DNA of 64,000 bases from assembly GCA_028826165.1 (NCBI GenBank), contig JAPDFW010000073.1, positions 62,001 to 126,000 on the forward strand. The letters run 5' to 3'. Positions 23,270 to 35,529 of this stretch are shown here, one piece after another. This stretch comes from Anaeramoeba ignava BMAN. Lineage: Eukaryota > Protista > Anaeramoebae. The notes below the pieces were generated by a model. The model saw only the letters and a list, made by a program, of their open reading frames with translations, was not told where the DNA came from and did not search any database. Within the stretch, counting starts at the first letter, position 1. Every line of letters starts with the position of its first letter. The position numbers were made by a program, and so were the translations under genes.

Positions 23270-24701
23270 TTAATCAATTTTAAAATGGAATTTTGTCCAG
23301 TCATAAATTGGATCACCCATTGGTAAAACTTCTCTTCCAACAAAATTATTCAAAGTTTTAGCTAACCAAACATAGAAACTAAGCAAAGCAGCCATAAAGA
23401 AGGGACAACCAGCTAAAACACCTGAAGCTCCATAAACAATTTTTAATATGAAAAAGAAGAAAGCAAGTGAAAAAGAAAAAAACAGAAAAAAAACAACTTT
23501 ATTTGTTTGAAGTGCAAATAAAGTTATAAAGGAAAGATGAACTAATCCAACAACAAAAAATGCTGATATTATTCTCATTTTGGGTCCTTCTATTGTTTTA
23601 CTATAATCCCAAAAGCCTGAAGTCCAAGCAGTTGCTAATGAGAACCAAAACAACGCAAATAACTTTTAATTATAATTTTAATTTTAATTTTGTAAATGAA
23701 TTTTAATTTTGAATTTAATTTTAATTTTAATTTTAATTTTAATTTTAATTTTAATTTTAATTTTAATATTAATTTTAATTTTAATTTTAATTTTATAAAT
23801 GAATTTTAATTTTAATTTTAATTTTAATTATAATTTTAATTTTAATTTTAATTTTAATTTTGATTTTGATTTTAATTTTAATTTTAATTTTAATTTTAAT
23901 TTTGATTTTAATTTTGATTATAATTTTAATTTTATAAATGAATTTCAATTTTAATTTTAATTTTAATTTTTAATTATAATTTTAATTTTAATTTTATAAA
24001 TGAATTTTAATTTTAATTTTAATTTTAATTTTAATTTTAATTTAAATTTTAATTTTAATTTTAATTTTAATTTTAATTTTAATTTTAATTTTAATTTTAT
24101 AAATGAATTTCAATTTTAATTTGAATTTTAATTTTAATTTGAATTTTAATTTTAATTTGAATTTTAATTTTAATTTGAATTTTAATTTTAATTTTAATTT
24201 TAATTTTAATATTAATTTTAATTTTGAATTTAATTTTTAATTATAATTTTAATTTTAATTTTGATTTTAATTTTGAATTTAAATTTTAATTTTGATTTTT
24301 ATTTTAATTTTTAATTAGAATTTTATAAATGAATTTCAATTTTATAAATGAATTTTAATTATAAAAGTTTCATCAAATTTATTTTGTTCTTAAATTCTCA
24401 CAAAAAAAGAACTAATTTCCCAAATAGATTTTTGTTTTATATTATGAATAGCAGAAATTAAAAGAATAATTCCTGGATAAAAAAGTAACCATTGAACTTT
24501 TGAAACTAAATAAAGAGAAAAAAATAAAAAAATATAAATAAAAAAGAAAGAAGAAAAAATAAAAGAAATTTTATATTAAAAACCTGTATTATCTGCAATA
24601 CCAAAATTTATAAAAGAAAGAACAATTGATCCAATTGATAAACCCATATAACCTAATTGAGTTGTTGTTACTTCTTTTTTAACTGGAGGAATTGTTTTCA
24701 T
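23270..24701 (-). CDS. GPR1/FUN34/SatP (AceTr) family acetate/monocarboxylate channel, divergent
   Basis: Exons ~24701-24584, ~24512-24401 and 23662-23270; TQLGYMGLSIGSIVLSFINFG resembles the NPAPLGL.GF motif; FW in TM3; C-terminus AG..AALLSFYVWLAKTLNNFVGREVLPMG; ~6 hydrophobic segments. Confidence 0.75.
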
Positions 24702-24817
24702 TCTCCAAACAAAACAAGAAAAAAAAGGAAAGTAAAATATAAAGAAGAAAAAATGAATTTTTTTTTAATAATTTTTTTTTTTGCTTTTTCATTTTTTTTC
24801 TTTTTCATTTTTTTAAA
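24702..24817. promoter_or_regulatory. Bidirectional promoter (SatP-like / NAA10) with T-rich TCA initiator-like motifs on both strands
   Basis: 116-bp head-to-head gap; AAAAATGAA at ~24748 and TTTTCATTTT at ~24786 and ~24802. Confidence 0.6.
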
Positions 24818-27800
24818 ATGGTTTCAATTAGAAATGCAACTATTGATGATTTATTTGCAATGCAAAATACAAATTTGCATTGTTTACCTGAAAATTATCA
24901 AATGAAATATTATTATTATCATCTTTTATCTTGGCCTCAAATTTCTTTTGTTGCTGTTGATTCAAAAAATAAAGTTGTTGGTTATGTTCTTGCTAAAATG
25001 TTTATATTCAATTTAATTAAAATCTTTTTTATAAAAACAAAAAAACAAAAAATTTTTTTAATAATTTTAAATTTAAAAAAATTTTTTTTACAAAATTTCA
25101 TTTATTAGGGATGATGAATATGTTGATAAAACTCCTCATGGTCATATAACCTCTTTAGCAATTAATAGACATTATCGAAAACTTGGAATAGCTACTAAAT
25201 TAATGAAACAAGCAGGTAAAAAGTCCATTAGAATCATTTAATTTATTTATAAAATTATTTATAAAATCAATTATAAAATTATTTATAAAATTAATTATAA
25301 AATTATTTATAAAATTATATATAAAATTAATTATAAAATTAAATATAAAATTATATATAAAATTAAATATAAAATTATTTATAAAATTAATTATTAAATT
25401 AAATATAAAATTATTTATAAAATTATTTATAAAATTAAATATAAAATTATTTATAAAATTATTTATAACATTATTTATAAAATTAATTATAAAATTAATT
25501 ATAAAATTATTTATAAAATTAATTATAAAATTATTTATAACATTATTTATAAAATTATTTATAAAATTATTTATAACATTATTTATAAAATTATTTATAA
25601 AAATTATTTATTAAATTATTTATGAGAAATTATTTATAAAATTAATTATAAAATTATTTATAAAATTATTTATAAAATTATTTATAAAATTATATAAAAT
25701 TATATATAAAATTATTTATAAAATTATTTATAAAATTAAATATAAAATTATTTATAAAATTATTTATAAAATTAATTATAAAATTATATATAAAATTAAA
25801 TATAAAATTAAATATAAAATTATTTATAAAATTAATTATAAAATTAATTATAAAATTATTTATAAAATTAATTATAAAATTATATATAAAATTATTTATA
25901 AAATTAATTATAAAATTAATTATAAAATTAAATATAAAATTATTTATAAAATTATTTATAAAATTAATTATAAAATTAAATATAAAATTATTTATAAAAT
26001 TATTTATAAAATTAATTATAAAATTATTTATAAAATTAAATATAAAATTATTTATTAAATTAAATATAAAATTATATAAAAATTAAATATAAAATTAAAT
26101 ATAAAATTATTTATAAAATTATTTATAAAATTAAATATAAAATTATTTATAAAATTAATTATAAAATTAAATATAAAATTATATATAAAATTATTTTATA
26201 AAATTAATTATAAAAATTAAATATAAAATTATTTATAAAATTATTTTATAAAATTAATTATAAAATTAAATATAAAATTATTTATAAAATTATTTATAAA
26301 ATTATTTATAAAATTATTTATAAAATTAATTATAAAATTAATTATTAAATTATTTATTAAATTATTTATAAAATTATTTATAAAATTATTTATAAAATTA
26401 TTTATAAAATTAAATATAAAATTATTTATAAAATTAAATATAAAATTATTTATAAAATTAATTATAAAATTAATTATAAAATTAATTATAAAAATTTATA
26501 AAATTAATTATAAAATTATTTATAAAATTAAATATAAAATTATTTATTAAATTAAATATAAAATTATATATAAAATTAAATATAAAATTAAATATAAAAT
26601 TATTTATAAAATTAATTATAAAATTATATATAAAATTAATTATAAAATTAAATATAAAATTATATATAAAATTATTTATAAAATTAATTATAAAATTAAA
26701 TATAAAATTATTTATAAAATTATTTATAAAAATTAATTATAAAATTAAATATAAAATTATTTATAAAATTATTTATAAAATTATTTATAAAATTATTTAT
26801 AAAATTAATTATTAAATTATTTATTAAATTATTTATAAAATTATTTATAAAATTATTTATAAAATTATTTTATAAAATTAAATATAAAATTATTTATAAA
26901 ATTAAATATAAAATTATTTATAAAATTAATTATAAAATTAATTATAAAATTAATTATAAAATTATTTATAAAATTAATTATAAAATTAATTATAAAATTA
27001 ATTATAAAATTAAATATAAAATTATTTATAAAATTAATTATAAAATTATTTATAAAATTAAATATAAAATTATATATAAAATTAAATATAAAATTAATTA
27101 TAAAATTAAATATAAAATTAAATATAAAATTATATATAAAATTATTTATAAAATTATTTATAAAATTATTTATAAAATTATTTATAAAATTATTTATAAA
27201 ATTATTTATAAAATTATTTATAAAATTATTTATAAAATTATTTATAAAATTATTTATAAAATTATTTATAAAATTATTTATAAAATTATTTATAAAATTA
27301 TTTATAAAATTATATATAAAATTATTAATAAAATTATTTATAAAATTATTTATTAAATTATTTATAAAATTAAATATAAAATTAATTATAAAATTAAATA
27401 TAAAATTATTTATAAAATTAATTATAAAATTAAATATAAAATTATTTATAAAATTATTTATAAAATTAAATATAAAATATAAATATAACAGAGAAAGCTA
27501 TGGAAACTGTTTTTGGAGCAAAATATGTTTCTTTACATGTTCGAGAAAGTAATCGAGCTGCTTTAGGATTATATGCAGGAGTTTTAAAATTTGAGTAAAA
27601 AACAAACCAATTATTTATAAATAATTTTATATTAAATTTATATTAAAATTTTAACAAAAAGAAAACATAAAGTTGAAGAAGGATATTATGCTGATGGTGA
27701 AAATGCTTTTGAAATGAGAAAATTCCTTGATCAAAAAGTTGCTGAAGAATATAAAAAGGAACAAGAAGAAAAAGAAAAAGAAAAAGAAAAAGAAAAAGAA

Positions 27801-27965
27801 AAAGAAAAACAAATTCAAATTGAAAAACAAATTCAAATTGAAAAACAAAAACAAACTCAAAATCCTCAAAAAAAAAAGAATCAACAAAGAAAAGGAAAAG
27901 GAAAAGGAAAGGGAAAAGGAAAGGGAAAAGGAAAAGGAAAAGGAAAAGGAAAAGGAAGAAAATAA
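24818..27965 (+). CDS. NAA10: N-alpha-acetyltransferase 10 (ARD1), NatA catalytic subunit
   Basis: [64 protein letters not shown]; introns 25000-25108, 25216-27491 and 27595-27661; EK/GK repeat tail. Confidence 0.96.
25240..27485 (+). repeat. ~2.2-kb intronic 12-bp satellite TATAAAATTA(TT/AT/AA/TA)
   Basis: Fills NAA10 intron 2. Confidence 0.95.
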
Positions 27966-28256
27966 TTCTTTTGAAATTTTTTTTTTAAATAGATTTCTTT
28001 CTTCTTTTTTTAATTCATTTTTTTTTTCCGATTTTAAAAAATTCTCTTTTCTTTTTAAATTTCTTTTTAAATTTCTTTTTAAATTTCTTTTTAAATTTCT
28101 TTTTAAATTTCTTTCAATTTTTTAATAAACACAAGAAATCAATTAAAAAATTAAATTTAAATTTTAATTCAAAAAAAAAAAATGAAAAAAAAATTTTTTA
28201 AAATTAAATTCTCATTTTTTTTTTATTTTTTTTTTACTTTTTTTTCATTTTTAAAA

Positions 28257-31200
28257 ATGCATCAAGAAGAACAAAATCAAAACGAAGAGATTCAAAAGAA
28301 TGAAAAACGGGAAGAAAAAAGCAATGAAAAAGGGATTGAAAGAAGAAATTTTGAAGAAGAAATAACAAAACCAATTGATATTCCAAAAACAATAGAAAAA
28401 AAACAAGAAAATGAAAATAACAACAGTTACTCACCACAAGTACTAAGCCAGACAGGCAAATCTACTCCACATTCAACAGAGACTGCAGTTATGAGAATAG
28501 GTTCTAAAAGTATTGTTTATGATCCTAATGATCCTCGTTTAAGAACTGTTCCTTGTAAATATTGGATTAAAGGAACCTGTAAATTAGGAGACAAGTGTCG
28601 TTTTTTGCATGGAACAAAGGTTTTGCTTCTTTTTTTTTTCAATTTAAAAATTCAATTTAAAAATTCAATTTAAAAATTCAATTTAAAAATTCAATTTAAA
28701 AATTCAATTTAAAAATTCAATTTAAAAATTCAATTTAAAAATTCAATTTAAAAATTCAATTTAAAAATTCAATTTAAAAATTCAATTTAAAATTTCAATT
28801 TAATTCAATTTAAAAATTCAATTTAAAATTCAAATTTAAATCAATTTAATAATTCAATTTAATTTCAATTTAAAAATTCAATTTAATTTCAATCTAATTC
28901 AATTTAATTTCAATTTAATTCAATCTAATTCAATTTAAAAATTCAATTTAATTCAATTTAATTTCAATTTAATTTCAATTTAATTCAATTTAATTCAATT
29001 TAAAAATTCAATTTAATTTAATTTCAATTTAATTTCAATTTAAAAATCAATTTAAAAATTCAATTTAATTTCAATTTAAAAATTCAATTTAATTCAATTT
29101 AATTCAATTTAAATCAATTTAAAATTTCAATTTAATTTCAATTTAATTTCAATTTAAAAATTCAATTTAAAAATTCAATTTAATTTCAAATAAAAAATTC
29201 AATTTAATTCAATTTATAAATTCAATTTAAAATTCAATTTAAAAATTCAAATTAATAATTCAATTCAATTTAATTCAATTTAAAAATTCAATTCAAAAAT
29301 TCAAATTAAAAATTCGATTTAAAATTCAATTTAATTTCAATTTAATTCAATTTAAAAATTCAAATTTATAAATCTTTATTTAAATAATTTTTTTTAGCTT
29401 TCAGAAGATCCAAGAAGACCAGAATTTAAACAAACTCCTAAAAATGTTGTTTTTCCTAATTTTCATCAACAAAATCAAAATCAAAATACAAATCAAAATT
29501 CAAATCAAAATCAAGAAGAAATTAATTCAAATAATTTAGAAAATCAAAATGTAAATTTAAAATTTAAAATTTAAAAAAAAATTTTCACAAAAAATATATT
29601 TATAATTTATTTTTCTTTCAATTACTTCTTTAAAAGAATTCAAATAGTCAATTTAATGGTAAAATTTCAATTATAAAAATTTCAATTATAAAAATTTCAA
29701 TTAAAAAAATTTCAATTAAAAATTTCAATTATAAAAATTTCAATTATAAAAATTTCAATTATAAAAACTAAAATATAGATGAAGATGCATTTATTCTTTC
29801 TTCTAATAATCCAAAACAATCAAATGCTTATCGATATGGAAGACATCCATTTTTACATATTATTGTTTTATTTTCTAATGATTTAAAAATTCGAAGATAT
29901 GCTTATGAAATTAGAAACAAATTCATTTTAAATGGAATTGATACATTTTTACAAACAGAAATAGATCCAAATGGATGTAAAAATTGAAAAATGACAAAAA
30001 ACAAATTATTCAAAATGAAGACAATTTAAATTGAAATTTTTAAATTGAAAAAAATTTATATTCATTTTTATTTATAATTTTTTTAAAAAAATATTTTAGA
30101 TATTCAACCTGAAAATCTTGGAGATTTAATTAATTCATCAATTTCGGATTTTTTGGTTGTTGTTGGTGATAAAAATGTTAGAAATAATACTTGTCAAGTT
30201 AAGAAAGATGGAAGACTTGTTGAAATGGATGTTCCAAATTTAATAGAATCAATTTGGATTGATTGGCAAAAAAGTCAAAAAATTGTGAATGAAGAATTTG
30301 GTTTTAAAATTCCAGCTTTAAGTACAAAACAACATAATGTAAAATTACAATCATTTTTAATTTTAATATTAAATTTTTATCCGATTTTGTATTATAATTT
30401 TAATTTTAATTATAATTTTAATTTTAATTTTAATTTTAATTTTAATTTTAATTTTAATTTTAATTTTAATTTTAATTTTAATTTTAATTTTATAAATGAA
30501 TTTTAAAAGTCTCTGTCACAATCTCAATTAATTCATCTAATTGCAAGAATCACTAATTTAACAAATGTTGAAGAAAGAATTCACAGATTACAACAAGATA
30601 TTGAATTAATGACAAGCATGATTAAAAATAATCAAATTATTACAAGAGAACAAATTGAACAATCAGAAAAAAACGTTAATCATTTTCAACGATCTTTATT
30701 AAATTCCCAAAAAATAATTACTGAATTGGAAGTTGAAACTCAACCTAAAAAAATTATAAGACAAGAACGCGGTAAAATGGTTTCCAAAGGATTTCTTCCG
30801 CGAAATGAAATACCCAAAATACCACTTACTATAAAATTACAACTTGAAAATTTACTCAAAAACATTATTTTATCAACCCAAGAATTAAGTAATCAAATAT
30901 TGCATTTCTCAGAAATATTAAATGAAAATCAACCCATTTTTTCAGTTAATTATGGAAATATCCCTCAAAATAAAAGACAATCAGATCCTTCTTATAATCT
31001 AAATTTCGATGAAAATTATTTTGATAATGATGATTTATATTTCGAAGAAAATCATATGAATCTCAAAAATGATTTCGATAAAATACCTTTGTATCCTCAA
31101 GAAACAAATCGTTATAATAACATTGATTATCAAAATTCTTGGCAAAATCAAAGTTATGAAGATGCATATGGAAATAATTCTTTTGGAAGAGTTCTTTCAG

Positions 31201-32351
31201 TTCCAAATTTCCAAAATTATAACCAAAAATTTTATAATCCTTATCAACAACCAGATATTGGAATCAATAGAAGTTATGATGAAAATTTATATTCATTAGA
31301 AACATCAAACACATATGAACCTTTTTACAATTTCAATCAAAATTCCAATCAAAATTCAAATACAAATACAAATACAAATACAAATACAAATACAAATACA
31401 AATACAAATACAAATACAAATATAAATTCAAAATCAAACCCAAATTCAAATTCAAAATCAAATTCAAATACAAATTCAAATTCAAATTCAAATTCAAATT
31501 CAAATTCAAATTCAAATACAAATTCAAATACAAATTCAAATACAAATTCAAATCCAAATCAAATACAAAAACAAAATTCAACTTTAAATTTAAATTCAAA
31601 TTCAAATTCAAATTCAAATACAAATACAAATAATACAAATACAAATACAAATACAAATACAAATTCAAATTCAAATTCAAAATCAAATCCAAATTACAAT
31701 TATACTTACAATCAAAATTACAATCAAAATTTATGGAAACAATTTCCTCAACAAAATTCTGGTTATTATCCTCAAAATTATTATTCTTCAAATCAAAATC
31801 AATATCAAAATCAAAATCAAAATCAAAATTCAAATCAATATCAAAACCAAAATTCAAATCAATATCAAAATCAATATCAAAATCAAAATCAAAATCAAAA
31901 TCAAAATCAAAATCAAAATCAAAATCAAAATCAAAATCAAAATCAAAATCAAAATTTTCTTTCTTCTCATCTTCCAAGAACAAGAAGTAAAAGTATAACA
32001 GTTGCATATCTTGATTTAAATAATCTATTAAATTCATCAAAAAATAAAAATTCAAATCCAAACCCAAATCAAAACCAAAATCAAAATCCAAATCCAAATC
32101 AAAATCCAAATCAAAATCCAAATTTAAATTATCATTTACATTCAAATTTAAATAACAATCAAAAAAAATCACAAAAATTTCAACCAAAATATTTTCCATC
32201 AATAAATTCTTTGTCTATTACTCCAAATAGTTTTTCAAATCCCAATAATTCATTAGATGATTCATTTCCTCGTTCATTTTCTTCTAATAGTTTACTTTTT
32301 TCTGAACAAGATTTCCTTCCTGAATATTTTAGATCAAAAGATCAAAAATAA
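28257..32351 (+). CDS. CCCH zinc-finger protein with an anticodon-binding-like alpha/beta domain and an N/Q/Y-rich prion-like C-terminus
   Basis: RTVPCKYWIKGTCKLGDKCRFLH; HIIVLF..RRYAYEIRNKFILNGIDT..FLVVVGDKNVRNNTCQVK; introns ~28620-29397, 29551-29636, 29659-29778, ~29977-30099 and ~30339-30509. Confidence 0.78.
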
Positions 32352-32898
32352 CTGACAAAAAAAAAGAAGAAGAAAAAAATTTTTTCAATCAAATTAATTC
32401 CAACTTATTATTTTCCATTCCTTTAAATTGAATTTCCTAGTTAATTATGATGATTTTTTTTTTGCTTTTTTTTTGGAAAATTTTATTTTTTATTTTTTTA
32501 GTTTGATTAGTTTATTTAGTTCCAAATTATTTTTCATTTTTCATTCTCCTTTTTTTTTTTTAAAAAATTTTTCACGATTTTGATTTTGAATTTGATATTG
32601 ATATTGAATTTTAATTTTAATTTTAATTTTAAAACAAAAAATTTATTCAGAAAACTAAAAAAAAATGGAACAAACTTTAATTTTTATTTTCTTTTTTTAT
32701 TTCATTTTCTATTTAAAAATATTTTTTTTCTTCTTTTTTTATTTTTCATTTTTTTTCTTCTTTTTATTTTTTTATTCTCTATTTTTTTTTATTTAAATAA
32801 TTTTTCTTATTTCTAATTCAAAAATCCAAATTATAAATTACAAAGCCAAATTATAAATTACAAAATTATAAATTAAAAATATAAAAAAGGATCTCAAA

Positions 32899-35413
32899 AT
32901 GTCAAATGATAAATGTAGAATTGTAATTGTTGGAAGTGGTTCAGGTTAGTTAATTATTTATAAAATCAATTTAAAACAAAACAAAAACAAAAACAAAAAC
33001 AAAAATTTTTTTTTAAATCAAAAAACAATTTTCGAACAATTTCCTTTTTTTTTTTAAATTGATTTTATTTTAAGTTGGTAAATCTTGTACTGCTATAAGA
33101 TATTTACAAGGAAAATTTGTTGAAGAATATGATCCAACAATTGGTATTAAAATCAATATCAATATCAAAATCAAAATCAAAATCAATATCAAAATCAAAA
33201 TCAAAATCAAAATCAATATAAATATCAAAATCAATATAAATATCAAATATCAAAATAAATATAAATATAAATATCAATATCAATATCAATATCAAAATCA
33301 AAATCAATATAAATATAAATATAAATATCAATATCAATATCAAAATCAAAATCAAAAATCAAAATCAAAATAAATATCAATATCAATATAAATAAATATC
33401 AATATAAATATAAATATCAAAATATAAATATAAATAAATATAAATATCAATATAAATATAAATATCAATATAAATATCAAATATAAATAAATATCAATAT
33501 AAATATCAATATAAAATATCAAAATATAATATATAAATATAAATATAAATATAAATAAAATATCAATATCAATATAAATATCAAATATAAAATATCAATA
33601 TAAAATATAAATATCAATATCAATATAAAATATCAATATCAATATAAATATTAATATCAATATAAATATAAATATAAATATAAAATAAATATAAATATAA
33701 AATATAAATATCAAAATAAAAATCAAAATCAAAATCAATATAAATATAAATATCAATATAAATATCAAATAAATATAAAATAAATATAAAATAAATATAA
33801 ATATAAATATAAATATAAATATAAATATAAATATAAATATAAATATAAATATAAATATCAATATCATAAATATAAATATAAATATAAATATCAATTATCA
33901 ATATAAATATAAATATAAATATAAATATCAATATAAATATCAATATCAATATCAATATCAATATAAATATAAATATCAATATAAATATCAATATAAATAT
34001 AAATATAAATATAAATATAAATATAAATATCAATATAAATATAAATATCAATATAAATATAAATATAAATATCAATATCAATATCAATATCAATATAAAT
34101 ATCAAAATAAATATCAATATCAATATAAATATCAATATCAAAATCAAAATAAATATCAATATCAAAATAAATATAAATATAAATATAAATATTCATTTGA
34201 AAATAAAGAGGAAAGTTATAGAAAAATGGTTATTATTGATCAAACACCAACGATGCTAGAAATATTAGATACAGCAGGACAAGAAGAATATAGAACTGTT
34301 AGAGATAAAGTATGAAATCCAAATCCAAATCCAAATCAAAATTAAAATTAAAATTAAAATGAAAATCAATATGAAAATGAAAATGAAAATGAAAATCAAA
34401 ATCAATATAAATATCAAAATAAATATCAAAATCAAAATTAAATCCAAATCCAAATCAAAATTAATATAAAAATCAAAATCAATATCAAAATGAAAATCAA
34501 AATCAATATAAATATCAAAATAAATATCAAAATGAAAATCAAAATCAAAATTAAAATCAAAATCAAAATGAAAATCAAAATTAAAATCAATATCAAAATC
34601 AAAATCAAAATAAATATCAAAATCAAAATGAAAATCAAAATGAAAATCAAAATGAAAACAAAATCAATATCAAAATAAAAATGAAAATGAAAATCAAAAT
34701 CAAAATCAAAATTAAAATCAAAATTAATATAAATTTGAAAAAATTGATTTAATTTTTGATTTTTATTGAAAAAAATTTTTAGTATCTTAAGGTTGGAGAT
34801 GGTTTTTTAATTCTTTATAGTATTGCTTCAATGGAAAGTTTTCTTGAAATATCTCAAATTCATCAATCAATTAGAGCAATGAAAAATTCATCAGATTTTC
34901 CAACAGTAACTTGTGGGAATAAATCAGGTAAATTCAATCAAATAAAATTCAAAAAATTCAATCAAAAAAATTAAAAAAATTTAATCAATTAAAATTAAAA
35001 AAAATTTAATCAAAAAAATTAAAAAAATTTAATCAATTAAAATTAAAAAAATTCAATTAAAATTTAAAATAATTTAATCAATTAAAATTTAAAATAAAGA
35101 TCTCCATAATTTAAGACAAGTTCCTAAAAAAGAAGGACAGAAAATTGCTCAAAAATTTGATTCTTCTTTTTTTGAAATGTAATTTTTAATTTTTTAAATT
35201 TTAATTTTTCTTATTAAAAAAATAAATATAAAAATAAATATAAAAAGATCTGCAAAAACTGGTGATAATGTTAATGAAGCTTTTGAAGATTTAATTAGAA
35301 AAGTTCGTAAATTTAAAGATACTTATTTTGCTAAAATTGAAGAAACAAAAGAACAAACAAATGTAGAAATTCCTAAAAAGAAAAAAAAGAAAAAACTTTG
35401 TTTTATTCTTTGA
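32899..35413 (+). CDS. Ras/Rap-family small GTPase (6 exons)
   Basis: [36 protein letters not shown]; polybasic [12 protein letters not shown] CaaX end; introns filled with ATCAAT/ATAAAT/ATCAAA repeats. Confidence 0.95.
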
Positions 35414-35529
35414 ATTATTGAGTAAAAAAGTCAAAATTAAAAAATAAAAAATAAAAATAAGAATAAGAAAGAAAAACAAAAGTTTTATTTGCTTTATTTT
35501 TATTCTATTAATCTAAATTTAAAAAGAAA

